DNA of 64,000 nt from Dictyostelium discoideum (Eukaryota), in contig CM000153.2 in assembly GCA_000004695.1 (NCBI GenBank), positions 2,688,001 through 2,752,000 on the forward strand, written 5' to 3'. Made by a program: the position numbers and the translations under genes. Positions 27,001-39,891 of this stretch are shown one piece after another. Below the pieces are notes generated by a model. The model worked only from the letters and a program-made list of their open reading frames with translations, was not told the origin of the DNA and ran no database searches. Positions within the stretch are counted from its first letter, which is position 1. Each line of letters opens with the position of its first letter.

Positions 27001-27269
27001 AAAACCTTTGAAATGTAAACGTAATATTGTGTTTTGGCGCATGGATCTGATTCCTCTGGTTTCCATTGAATCCAACCAACTAAATTCTTTGAAATATTCT
27101 TTGTTAATAACTCTGTCTTTGTTTCATAATTTAAACCATCCCTTTTGTTTAATGAATTTATAGTTTCAAAAAAGTATCTTGATAAATCTTCTAAATTTGT
27201 TAATAAACTAGAATTTAAAAATAGATTTAAATCTAATGGTGGTTGAGTTACTGTTGTTGTAGTTGTTGC

Positions 27270-27311
<42 letters not shown>

Positions 27312-29747
27312 ATTTTCATTATTTGATGTTTCATTATTATTATTAGTTGATGATGTTGTTGATGATGATGATGATGATGATGATGAACTAATATGTTTGT
27401 TTGTTGGTGATTCATTAGTTGTTGTTGTTGTTGTTGTTGATGATGATGATGATGATGATGGTTTATTTAATGGATTAGGTAAACAAAATACTGAATTTTC
27501 ACCACAAGAAAATTCCCAATAGAATGCTTTTTGAAGTGCACAAAGTGAAGAATAAACAGAGAGTCCATCTTCTTTTGACCATTCATCTAAAACTGGAAGT
27601 GGAATATCTGGTGGATTTTCACGTACTAAACTAGTGAGAATAAGTACCAATGATTTAATAACATCGATTGTACTTTGAATATCGTCACGGCAAGCCAATT
27701 CCTCTGGTACCCAGTCTCTAATGATTCTAGAGGTTCTCCATTCACAAAGTACATCCAAAGTGGTGAAATGATTATTTAAAACCTTAATGATTGATCTGAG
27801 TACGGTTGGAGTATTATCGATACTTAAAGATTTGAAAATCATGAGATCCTTACAAATGAATTGAGAACTAGTGTAGATATCTAATAATTTCTCTAAACCA
27901 CCTTCTTGAATGAAAATCTTATCATGTTCACCATTTGAAAAGAATAATGTAATAAATTTATTGATCAATAAAAACATTTGATTGTGAGTTGATTTCTCCA
28001 AAGCAGCTGTTGATGATGATGGTGATGATTTTGGTTCTTTTGGAGGAGTCATTGCAATTACATCATCCAATAATGAAATGATTTCTTTAATAGTTGGAAT
28101 TTTTAATTCTGGGTGATGTCTAACCAATTCATCCAATCCATTTCCAATTGAATTTAATGTACGAATATTTAAAGAGTTTACATTCTTTGGATTAACCAAG
28201 GTTTTTAAAAACTTTCTAATGAGACCACTTTCTGAAACTTTGGTTTTAAAAGCAGAGTTTAAACAAAATGCATTGAGTGTCTCTGGAATGATGTAAAGTA
28301 TCTCGTGAGGAATCTCTTTATTCAAAATGAAATCGAATATCATATCAATGAGACCAGTATTATTGATTGCAGTGAAACAAGTTGGTTCATTTTGAATTAA
28401 ATTGGTTGGAATAATGAAACAATCGGCAATGATTGCTGGTATAAATGATTCGTAGTGTGAAAAAATTGATTTCAAAACTTGATGGATTGGGCTATCAACA
28501 ATTTGATTCAATAATGCTCTTGGTATTACAGCTGTACCCGAAATTGGTAATAAACAATTCATCAATCCCAATAATAATGTTGATTTATGGTATAAAAGTT
28601 TTAAATAAAATTCGTCATTTAAAATATTTTCATCAAATTTATATTCTTTTTTGGTTGTTGAATCAATTAATTGTTGTTCAGTGGTTGAAGTTGTGATGGT
28701 GTTGGTGTTGGTGGTGAGTTGCAATAAATCTTTATCTTCTTTTTTGTTTAAAATATTACTACTACTACCACTATGAACTAAAGGTTTCTTTTTCTTTGAT
28801 TCATCACTAATATTGGTTGATGATGATGATTTCTTTGAAAAATAAGTATTTTCAACAACTAAATCATCTTTAGTCTCTTCAGGTTTTTTATAATTTATGA
28901 TGAAATCAACTTCCTCTGATATTGAAGCAATTAGATCTTGAAGATAACCTTGTTCACTAAACAATTCAATATTATTTAATTTAACCAAGAAAAGTGATTG
29001 AATAATTTGAAGAGCATTGATTTGGAATCTAAGATGATATATATTGGTTGTATGATTCTTTATCAATGGAAGTAATGATTGGAATACAATGTTCTCGTGA
29101 AGTAAAGCTTTATTTGAGAGTTTGAATACAAAATAAAACATTGCATTAATGAAAGACTCGGTGATTAATGGATCTTGACTGGTACCAGTGATCACTGCAA
29201 CACATTTTCTAATTACACTTGAAAAGAAACCCGATGAGAATGATCTTTGTAAAAGTAATGTTAAACTACTGGTTGGTGTGGTACTTGCCAATGCTGCCAT
29301 AGTATAGATGCTAGCTACTAAAATTGGTTCTGGAACTATAGTATAGTTTTTTAATAACTCCATCAATTCACCCAAGTATTCGGTGTCTTGTGTTCCTCCA
29401 AAGTTGTAGTTTGTTGAATTGGATGCAAAGTTTATCAATGATTGATGATAGAGAGTATTAGTTGCTACTAATCTCAATTGCATATATTTCTTTCTATATT
29501 CATAGTTTGGTAATCCCTTTAATAAACCAATTCTAAAATGTACAAAGTATTGATCCTCCTCTGGAATACCATAATCTTGAATCAATTTGCTTGCAATCTC
29601 ATATGGTGTTGCATTAATCTTATCAATATCAAATAATCTAATTATAACTTTACCACTTTCTTCAATTGTTGATACTGTTATCTTTTCAAAAAATATTGAT
29701 TTTGAATTTATATTTATATTTGATGTTGGTGGTGATGTTGAAGATGG

Positions 29748-29778
<31 letters not shown>

Positions 29779-29851
29779 GATTTAGTATTTACAGTAGTTT
29801 TTGATTTTGATTTGTAAAATTCAAAATTAAATGAATTTAATGATTCTGGTA

Positions 29852-29916
<65 letters not shown>

Positions 29917-30590
29917 TTAATAAAACTAAAAAAATAAAACTAAAAATAAAAATAAGATACATACTTTTGTGTCCTCTTTACAAAGTGAAAGTGGATGTAA
30001 ATGATCTTCATTAAATCCACTTGAAATTATAGATAATTTAGGAATAATAGTTTGAATGAATGATGAATTATCTTTTACAAATTTCTTTTTACTAAATAAA
30101 ACATTAAAAAATTTAAACAACTCAATTAAAATATCATAATCTGGGAATGTAAATAATGAATTTAGTTCCTTTTATAAAAAAAAAAAATTAGAATAATTTT
30201 AAAAGATGGCTTTTTCTTAAAAAAAAAACTTACATCCGAGGAATTAAAAAGGTTACTATTAATACAATTTCTAAGAAGAGACCTTGTGAACTTTATAATT
30301 AAAATAATAAACTCTTTATCATTTGGAAAATCTGGGTTATTATCGACATTTAATATACATGGTGGTGATGTATTACTTGAGGATGATGTTGATAATGTTG
30401 TATTAGATGATGATGCTGATGATGAAGATGATGATGTTGATGATGATGCTGCTGATGATATTGGGTTTGTCGACTTTCCTGAGGATGATGGTGTTGGATG
30501 GTATTTTGTAACTATTTTTCCTATTATAGAATCAAATCTTTCTAAAACATCAACCCAATGATTGAAATCATCCTTTTTTTTTAAAAAAAA

Positions 30591-30621
<31 letters not shown>

Positions 30622-30912
30622 TATTAATATTAATAAATTTCAAATTAAACTTTATATTTAACTTACTGTTTTGCCAAATGGCCATTCCTTAAACTTTAAT
30701 AAAATATTTTTAAGTTGTTCTTCGGGACAGTGCACTAATGTTTCTATAAAATTTTTTTCTTCTGTTATCTGAGAGTAAAGAAAAGAGAGAAAAAAAAAAA
30801 AATAATAAAAAGTAAATAAATGTTAAAAAAAAAAAAGAAATAAAAATAAAAAAATAAAAAAAAATTCGTAAGTACTTACAATTTTATAAACCTTTGAAAG
30901 TTTCCCCTTCAT
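19152..30912 (-). CDS. HUWE1/Tom1-type giant HECT E3 ubiquitin-protein ligase, 5 exons and about 3,790 aa.
   Basis: complement(join(19152..29852,29965..30168,30234..30572,30667..30768,30880..30912)). The donors are GTAAGT (30879), GTAAGT (30666), GTAAGT (30233) and GTATGT (29964). Exon 1 is [11 protein letters not shown]. Exon 2 is [34 protein letters not shown] (human HUWE1 [22 protein letters not shown]). Exon 3 begins [21 protein letters not shown] (human [20 protein letters not shown]). The C-terminus is a canonical HECT domain (...[40 protein letters not shown]). A UBA domain sits at about 26425-26545 ([41 protein letters not shown]). There is a long D/E acidic block (~23760-24060), two K/E-rich coiled segments, a 24-residue poly-Q (~20950-21015) and a (TN)15 run (~24960-25050). 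Confidence 0.9.
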
Positions 30913-30966
30913 TTTATAATGACCTTAATTTGGTTTTTTTTTTTTTTTTTTGGTGGTTTTATTTGA

Positions 30967-31005
<39 letters not shown>

Positions 31006-31813
31006 ATTGAAGTTGGGAGGGTGTTGTTTTGATTGTGTTAGGGTGAGTAGATAAAAATTAAATAAAAAAAATTATGAAGAAAAAAAAAAGGGTGGTAAAA
31101 AAAAAAAAAAAAAAAATATAGAAAAAAATGGGAATTATGTATATAATTATTTAAGAATATACAATGCTATATATATATAAAATATATCTATTGATATATC
31201 TGTATTTTATTATTTATATAGCTAATTATCAAAAACCAGGTCTATATATTTATAAATATATATGTATATATAAAGTTTAATTATACATTAAAAAAAAAAA
31301 AGTAATAAAAAATAATAATTAAATTTTAAGTTATGTATGTGTGTGAATTTGAAAATAAAAAATAAAAAAAAATTTTAAATTAAAAAAAAAATTTTCTTTT
31401 TTTTTTTTTTTTTTTTTTTTTTTTATTTTTTTTTTTTTTAATTTAATTATAAAAAAAAAAAAATAAAATAAAAAAAAAAAAAATACCGAGAAAATTTTGA
31501 AAAAAAATTAAAATTTGAAAAAAAAAAAAAAACAATTATGAAAATTTTTATTGTAACATAAATAAAATTATAATAATTTATTTAAAAAATGATATCATAT
31601 TTTTGGTAAGTTACTTTGAAATCAAAGTATTATTTTTTTTTTTATTTTTTTTTTTTTATTTTTTTTTTTTCATTTTTTTTTTTTTATTTTTTTTTATTTT
31701 ATTTTTTATTTTTTATTTTTTTTTTTTTCATTTTTTTTTTTTTTTTTTTCTCTAAAGATTTTGTTTTTTATAAGTTTTTTTTTTAAAAAAAAAAAAATAA
31801 AAAATATATAGTA

Positions 31814-32622
31814 ATGTTAACAATATCAAGAGGATTATTAGCCACAAGTAAAACTAAAAACTTTAAATCAGTTTTTTCAAAATCATTTGGTAATTTTTTT
31901 AAAGATGGTGAATTGGTAGAAAACACAAAAGAAAATGAAAACAATCAAGAAACAATAAAAGAGAAACAGCAACAGCCACAACAACAACAAAATGATGGTA
32001 TATTATTTAATGGTAGTATAGCTTATAGAGATATGGAAAATCATGAATTTTCACAATCAAATTATCCAACCATGACAACAACCTACACTGAAAGAGAAGA
32101 AGAGAGAATTAAAAAAAATACTATTCTAAGTAAAGATAAGGAAGCTAAAGATAAGATGGTACAATTACATATTCAAAAAGATCCAACAAAGAAAGAGTTG
32201 GTAGAGAATTTTTATAGAGATTATAGAAATAAAGAAATGGAGAAAAAGATAGGTATAGAATTAACCGAAAGAGATAGAGAGTTTGTTTACGATAACATTA
32301 CATTGGATCCACCAGCAAATCCACAAAAACAACTTGAATTCCTCCTCGAATCAATTAAATCCAATGAATCATTAATGTTTACAGATCAAGAGTATCAAGT
32401 ATATCATTACCTCTTAAATCATAAAAACTCTTTAACAAAAGAACAATTGGAGCAGATTGAAGTAAACTCTAAAGAAGATTTCAAACTTGCAAATAAATTA
32501 TACGTTGCAGGTAGTTTAGCAAAAAGTTTTCAAGTATTTAAAAAATTATCAGATTCATTAAATCATGCAATGTCTGATATTTTAATTGCAAATATGTATT
32601 TTACAGGTGTTCTTCCAAAAGA

Positions 32623-32711
<89 letters not shown>

Positions 32712-33577
32712 GTGGTGGTTTTAAAAGTATAACTGAAAGTATTTTAGCAAATGATAAAGGTAAACCAGATTATGGTTTAGCATTTAAACATTTCTATAAA
32801 GCAGCAACAGTATCAAAGATGCCCGTTGCATTTGGAATGATGGGTGAATTAATTTATAAAGGTTTAGTAAAAGATTTCGATTATTATTTTAAAGGTGGTG
32901 CTGCTGCTGCTTCCACTATATTAGATTCAAACGAAAAAAGATTATCAATGGCAAAGGTTTGTTTTGCGATTGCATCACAACTTGGATTAAAGTCATCGAC
33001 TCAACAATTGGCATTTTTATTTTTAAATGAAATGAAAAATGATAATGGAGCAATCGAGATATTAAAACGTTTAGCATTAAAACATAATGATATCAATGCA
33101 GTCACAACCATTGGTGCATTGATATTAGAGGATCATCCATCAACCGCTAAAGATCTATGGTTATATGCAAGTAAAATGGGTGATTCAAATGCTCAAACCA
33201 ATTTAGGTCGTTACTATTATAATCATAGTAAAAATCCAGACTATAATAATGCATTCTTACTTTGGAGTGCCGCTTCAAAGCATAACAATCCAGATGCTCA
33301 ATTTTATTTAGGTGGAATGTTTCATTCTGGTTTAGTTGTGGAAAAAGATATTAAAAAATCACTTAGACTCTATGAAATCTCTGCAAAGAATGGTAATTCA
33401 AATTCACAATTCCTCATTGGTAGAGCCTATATCGAAGGTGACGGTGTAGAAAAAAATTTAGAAGTTGGTTATAAATTCTTATCAAAATCAATCAATCAGG
33501 ATAATCAAACAGCTTTAAATTATTTAAATGATTTAGATGAAACTGAAAAAGAAAAATATTTAAATAAAAAAAAATAA
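31814..33577 (+). CDS. Sel1-like (TPR-family) repeat protein, 587 aa. The N-terminal segment is presequence-like and there is an internal poly-N tract.
   Basis: A single ORF. The C-terminal half contains tandem Sel1-type repeats (..NAQTNLGRYYYNHSKNPDYNNAFLLWSAASKHNNPDAQFYLGGMFHSGLVVEKDIKKSLRLYEISAKNGNSNSQFLIGRAYIEGDGVEKNLEVGYKFLSKS). The N-terminus is MLTISRGLLATSKTKNFKSVFSKSF. Confidence 0.6.
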
Positions 33578-33906
33578 ATAAAAATCATTTTACCTAAAAC
33601 TATTTTTTTTTTTATTTTCAAAATTTATATTTTAATAACAATAATTTTTTTTTTTTTTTTTTTCCTTATAAATATAAAGATACAGATCATAATGATTTTA
33701 TATTATTTTGGAAAATAAATTAATAAAGAAATTATTATGATTTTTCAATTAATTCTTTTAACCTCTTTTCAATCTTTTTGACCATTTAAGTAAAATTAAT
33801 TTCTTTATAAAATATCAATTATTAACCAATAAAAAAAAAATAAAAAAATACATTAAAAAATTCTGAGAGATAAAAAAAAATATTCATAAAAACACCTCTT
33901 TTAAAT

Positions 33907-33939
<33 letters not shown>

Positions 33940-34033
33940 ATTGGCACAAACCAAATAAAATTAAAAGGTAATTATTTTATAATTTTTAAAAAAAAAAAAA
34001 AAAAAAGTTTTAAAGTATGTTTTTTATTTTATT

Positions 34034-35623
34034 TTAACCAGTAAAAACACCAACTGAAAATCTTGAGCAATCAGGATTTGAAATAAAATCAGGATTATTG
34101 CAAAGATATAATTGATTTAAATCACTATATGATACTGAGGTTATGTCCTTAGAGAAACCAAATTCATTTAGTAATTCACTTGGATTTGAATGAAATGATA
34201 CAAACTCTTCTTTAAATAAATTGAATGATCTATTATTTGTACTATTTGTACTTGAACTAATTGAATGAGCAACTGAAGCAGTAGAACATTGTGAAGAAGC
34301 ATTACCACCATTATTTTTTGAATTTTGTGGAGAAACAGTATGAATTAACAATTTACTATTTGGGGCAGATAGCATGCCAATCGAGCCTAAAAGCGTGCCG
34401 ATCTCCTCTTCGGTTAAATACATTAAAACACCCTCCAACACCCAAAGAGTATGCATTGCAGGATTGAAGCCGCAATCTAACAAACTTCCAATCCAACGAT
34501 CACCTTCCTTTACGATATCACCACCGATATAATTGATATGACATTGACTTGTTGGTTTTATAATTGTAGTTGCTTTTTCTAAAACTTTTTTCTTATAATT
34601 TATAACATGTGGTAAATCGATCTCGAATACAGATACATGTTTATCAATTGGTAATCTCAATGAACGACTATCCAATCCTGAACCACAAAAAACAACTTGA
34701 GTATAAAAAAATGCTGATGCATTAAAATGTGCAACTGTTCCTTTAATTGATAAACTATCCATTATCACTTGATCTATATATTTAGTTCTAAATCCAATTT
34801 TATTAATTGAATTTCCACCTTTTTGAAATTCTAACCATGATTGAATTGGATGTGATTTCATTATAAATTCTTTATATGTTACATTATTATTATTATTATT
34901 ATTTATATTTATATTATTACTACTATTATTTAAAAATTGTTGTTGTGGTGAAACTGAATGAAATAATTGAAAACTATCTAAAAGGAGTTGTTTTGATTCT
35001 TCAGTATCTAAAAAGAAAATTGCAAATGGGTCATATATACAAAGTTGGTCACAAACAAATGATAATTGATTTTCAGGTATTAAATCTTGAATGTAAAGAC
35101 CATGTTCAATTAATTTTCTTATATTATCAAAATCTTTACTATTATTATTATTTATATTTATATTTGTTTTACTATTGGTTGTATTATTTAAATCTTGACT
35201 TGAATTTAAACTTTTTGTCATTATACTTAAGAATTTATTTGTTAATATTGCTCTTGAAGCTGCTCCAAAAAATGATGTTCTTGTAATACCTTTTTTTACT
35301 TCATCCTCTTCTCCAATTTCATTTAATAATAATAATTGCTGTTGTTGTTGTTGTAGTAATTGTTGTTGTTGTTGTTGTTGTTGCTGTTGTTGTTGCATAA
35401 TTCTTTTTTGTTCAGCTTCGGCAGCTTGTTTTTGTTGTTGCTGTTGTAGTAATTGTTGTTGTCTTTGTTGGTTATGCATTAATTGTTGTTTTAAAATTAA
35501 TTCTTGTTGTTCTAATAATTCCTTTTCATTATATAAGGGTGATAATCTTATATTATCTGAACTACTTTTATTTAATAAATTGATTTCGCCACTGCTATTA
35601 TGACTTAATAATTGAGTTTCCAT
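34034..35623 (-). CDS. SAM-dependent methyltransferase of the LCM (leucine carboxyl methyltransferase / TcmP-like O-methyltransferase) superfamily, with a 120-aa poly-Q/coiled-coil N-terminal extension. 529 aa.
   Basis: Family signature blocks are present: GFRTKYIDQVIMDSL (bacterial-type R-T-R-x-I-D), QVVFCGSGLDSRSLRL (VxxLGAGLDTRxxRL), VFEIDLPHVINYKKKVL, and HTLWVLEGVLMYLTEEE (WxxEGLLxYL). The ORF is single and complete. Confidence 0.65.
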   Translation of the reverse strand: METQLLSHNSSGEINLLNKSSSDNIRLSPLYNEKELLEQQELILKQQLMHNQQRQQQLLQQQQQKQAAEAEQKRIMQQQQQQQQQQQQLLQQQQQQLLLLNEIGEEDEVKKGITRTSFFGAASRAILTNKFLSIMTKSLNSSQDLNNTTNSKTNININNNNSKDFDNIRKLIEHGLYIQDLIPENQLSFVCDQLCIYDPFAIFFLDTEESKQLLLDSFQLFHSVSPQQQFLNNSSNNININNNNNNNVTYKEFIMKSHPIQSWLEFQKGGNSINKIGFRTKYIDQVIMDSLSIKGTVAHFNASAFFYTQVVFCGSGLDSRSLRLPIDKHVSVFEIDLPHVINYKKKVLEKATTIIKPTSQCHINYIGGDIVKEGDRWIGSLLDCGFNPAMHTLWVLEGVLMYLTEEEIGTLLGSIGMLSAPNSKLLIHTVSPQNSKNNGGNASSQCSTASVAHSISSSTNSTNNRSFNLFKEEFVSFHSNPSELLNEFGFSKDITSVSYSDLNQLYLCNNPDFISNPDCSRFSVGVFTG

Positions 35624-37188
35624 ATTTTTATTTTTTTTTTACTTTTTATTTTTTTTATTTTAATATTTTAATTTATTTTAATTTATTTTAATTTAATTTA
35701 ATTTATTTTATTTTATTTTAATTTATACTATTTTTATTTTATTTTACTATTTTTATTTTATATTACTATTTTTATTTTTATTTTATTTTTTTTTTATTTT
35801 TATTTTATTTATTATTTTATTTTTTTATGTTATATTATTTTATTTTTTATTTTTAATTTTTTACAATTTAAAATAATATTATTTATTTTTGTCGTGTGCT
35901 TATAATAAAAAAAAAAAAAAATTATTATTTTGTCGTGTGTTTATTACGTATTTAAGTTTTTTTTTTTTTTTAATTTTTTTCCTAACAAAGGTTTTTTTTT
36001 TTTTTTTTTTTTTACTTTAAAAATGGATTTATTAAAATTTAATGAATTAATGAAAGTTTTAAAAAAATAATTTTATTACAAATATGCAAAAAAAAAAAAA
36101 AAAAAAATATATTTACATATATAGGTTAATATATATAAAAGTTAATTCTATTAATTATTGTTGTTAAATACTATTGGTAGGAAAAGAAAAAATATATAAT
36201 AAAACTGAATATAGTTTCTTTTTTTAAAAAAACAAAAATAAAAAATTAAAAAAAAATAAAAAATAAAAAATAAAAAAAAAATAAAAAAAAAAAAAAAATC
36301 AAAATCCACAAAATGAGACAAGTCGCGTGTTTTGGAATTTTTATGAATTTTCGCGAACACAATCCATTGGTGTTGTTGATAAAATGAAATGTTTATTTTT
36401 TTTTTTTTTTTTTCTTTTTTTTTTTTATCATTTTTATTTGATATTAACCATCATCACAAAGGAGTATGTTGGTTATTTTTAACCCACACTATATATTTAT
36501 TTTTGAACATAAAAAAATAACAAAAAAAATAAAATAAAATAAAAAAATAAAAAAAAAAATAAAAAAAAAAAAATAAAAACAAAAATTTACATATGTAAGC
36601 AAGGGTTTTTTGTGACACACCAAACACAAAGGATGATGAAATTTTTTTGTAATCAAGAAATTTCATTTATTTTCAAAAAAAGTTGAAATATTGAAAATTT
36701 AAAATAAAAAAAAAAAATAAAAAAAAAAAAAGACCAAAAACAAAACCATTGTTATATCAACGACTCAAGTTTAAATTAAAACATCAGTGGGCCACTGGAA
36801 AAAATATCAATATTGATATTTCTCGAAATATAGAATAATAAACCAAAAATCAAAATTTTTAGTTATAATAATAATAATAAAAAAAAAAAAAAAAATTGTT
36901 TTAAAAAAATAAAATAAAAATAAAAAAATCTTTTTTGTAGACTCGAAATAAATCAAGGATTCACACCAAATTTTAAATGGTGATTGTAAAAACTTTATTT
37001 TTTTTTTTTTTTTTTTTTTGATATACTTTTTTTTTTTTATTTTGATTAAAGATAATTGTAATTTATTAAATAAAAAAATACGTTATTAAAAACACCCTGT
37101 TTTCCATTTTTTTTTAAGTTTTTGAAACTGTCATTATAAATTCCAGAAAATATTGAATCGGGAGTATGAACAAATTTCCCCATTTTTA

Positions 37189-37262
<74 letters not shown>

Positions 37263-37576
37263 TGGTGATTCATTTTTAAAAAGATTTTTATTTTTTAATG
37301 GGTCTCTTTTATATAGTTTCTTAATTTTTTAATATTATTATCCATTGGCAAGTTTTTTTTTTTTTTTTTAAGCTGATTTTGAAATGTTTGCTAGTTTTCT
37401 TAATGTTAAAGGATCAATATTATTGATAAAAGGGTTTTAAAATTAATAATTAAAAAATATTTAATAATCTCATCATATCAAATTTTTTTTTTTTTTCATA
37501 TTTAATTCGAAAAAAAAAAAAAAAGTGTTTGTAATTTATTAATAATGTGTGGAAAAAAAATTTGGGGCGAAAATGT

Positions 37577-37624
<48 letters not shown>

Positions 37625-38284
37625 AAAAAAAAAATTCCATCATTTAAGGCCCCGATATATCCAGAAATTTCATTTGTTTTCAAACAGATAAATAACTATT
37701 TTTTTTTTTATTTTTTTATTTTTTTATTTTTTTTTTTAAATTTTTTTTTATTTAGTTTGTAGCTTCAATTAAAAAAAAAAAAAAAAAAAAAAAAAATTAA
37801 AGTTTGCAAAGATACCTTTTTTTTTTTTGGGTATGAAAATTATAATATAGGTTTTATATGTTAAAAATAAATATTAAAATATTCAAATAATTATAGTTTT
37901 AATTTTAATTTTTATTTTTTTTAGTTTTTTTTTTTTTTGGAAATAATTAAATTTTAAAAGTATAATTATACTTTATTAAAATCTTTAGATTGTTTAATGA
38001 AGACGTTATTAATTTTTTAAAAAATACCAAATTGTATTTATGGATTTGATACCACCCCACCATGCCAAATTAATAAAAAATTTATTAAAAAAAAAAAACA
38101 AAACAAAAAAAAAAAAAAAAAAAAATTGAAAAAATAATATTAATATTTAATAAATGGTATTAATAGAATTTTATAAAATTAAGTAACCTGAAAAAAAAAA
38201 AAAAATTGAAAAAATAAAAATAATGAGAATAAAATTTAAAAAAATAATCCTCTAAAACATTTATTCTTTTTAAAGTCCTAAATC

Positions 38285-38338
<54 letters not shown>

Positions 38339-38689
38339 GTTCCAGCCAAACTATTAAAAGTAAAAAAAAATGAAAAAAAAATAACAAAAATAATAAAAAA
38401 AAAAACAACAACAACACACACACTTTCTTTATTAATTTTTTTTTCTTTTTCTCTTTTTCATTTTATTTTTATATTAATTTTTTATTTTTTATTTTTTATT
38501 TTTTTATTTTTTTTTTAATTTCATATATATAGTTTTTAAAAAACATATTAAAAATATTAAATATAAAAAAAAATCAAAAAAAAAAAAAAAAAAATCAAAA
38601 AAAAAAAATCTTTTTTTTAAAAAATAAAAAAAAAAAGACTAAAAAAGAGGTTTGCATGCGAGCATAGAAAAAAGAAAAAAAAAAAAAAA

Positions 38690-39303
38690 ATGAATATCCC
38701 TATAGATAGAGTGACACAGCTACAGGGTATGTATCATTTGTTTGAAAATTATTCTTTCTTTCTTTCTTTCTTTTTTTTTTTATGGGGTAATAAGAATTAA
38801 CTTTTTATTTTCTTATTTTTTTTATTTTCTATTTTTTTTTTTTAATATATAAAGATATATACATTTTTGAGACAGCGATTAACCAAACAGTATCAAATAT
38901 ACAAAAGAAAAAAAAGAACTATTTTCGAGTCTCATTGGTGTTATTAACCTTACTAATTATATCATTAGTATGGTGTTTTTCAAAATATAAATTACAACAA
39001 CAAGAATTCATTATAAATAATGGAAATAATAGTAACATTCAACAACTACAACAACAACAACAATTAAATAATTTAGATTCAACAACAATATATACAACAA
39101 ATGATAATGGAGACATTAATTTTCATAATGACAATAATAATAATAATAATTATCGAGATAATCAATCTTCAAATCAAAAAATAGAACAACAAACACTAAC
39201 AGCTCTTGACTATAGTTTACTTTTTCTCCCATCTTCAGTTTTATCATTATCATTAATATTTTCATTAATCATTTATTTTAGTATTGATGATCCATTTTTG
39301 TAA
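38690..39303 (+). CDS. Small predicted membrane protein of unknown function, 2 exons.
   Basis: join(38690..38726,38876..39303), with a GTATGT donor at 38727 and a ..GAGACAG acceptor at 38875. The protein is MNIPIDRVTQLQ-AINQTVSNIQKKKKNYFRVSLVLLTLLIISLVWCFSKYKLQQQEF... with a second hydrophobic segment SLLFLPSSVLSLSLIFSLIIYF. It ends DPFL*. The downstream N-rich ORF 39474..39950 could not be joined in frame. Confidence 0.35.
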
Positions 39304-39854
39304 GTAGAATAATTTGATTTAATTTAAATTATTATTCCTTTTTTTATTTTTTTTATTTTTTTTCTTTTTTTTCTATTTTCACTAACAAAATATAAATTTA
39401 TAGATTTATAACAAGATGTAATTCAACATTATATTTATTTAATATTTATTATTGTTTTTCAAATAAAAAGATAATGATTCTTCCAAAGAAGCAATTAAAT
39501 AATAACTATTATAGTAGTGATAACTATAGTAATTACCAACAACAACCACAACAACAACCACAACAACAACAACAATATAATACGGGATATAATCAACATC
39601 AATATACTGATGAAAATGAATATAACCACAGAGGAAATCGATTGGTTTCAAACCCATCTTCAACCATTCAAAGAAATAAAAAATTTGATACAAATAATAA
39701 TTATAATTTTAATAATAATAATTACAATTATAATAGCAATTTCAATAATAATAATAACAATAACAATATTAATAATAATAATAATAATACCAATAATAGT
39801 AACATTAATATTATTAGTAATAATAATAATAATATCAATAATAATAATAATATT

Positions 39855-39891
<37 letters not shown>

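Noticed and set aside
20785-30561. Numerous plus-strand ORFs inside the HUWE1 locus (e.g. 20785..21060 poly-V/C, 22498..22851, 22882..23202, 24964..25221, 26242..26565, 30286..30561).
   Set aside because: They are antisense to a strongly supported minus-strand gene. Their translations are V/G/S/F low complexity derived from (TTG)n and (GGTGTT)n repeats.
36600-36660. Box-C-like GAUGAUGA motifs at 36633-36641 and 5829-5836 as possible C/D snoRNAs.
   Set aside because: No CUGA box D or terminal stem was found at a compatible distance on either strand.
36151-36666. Minus-strand ORFs 36151..36360 and 36454..36666 (poly-F) in the long intergenic interval.
   Set aside because: They are translations of poly-A/T tracts with no complex sequence and are unlikely to be genes.
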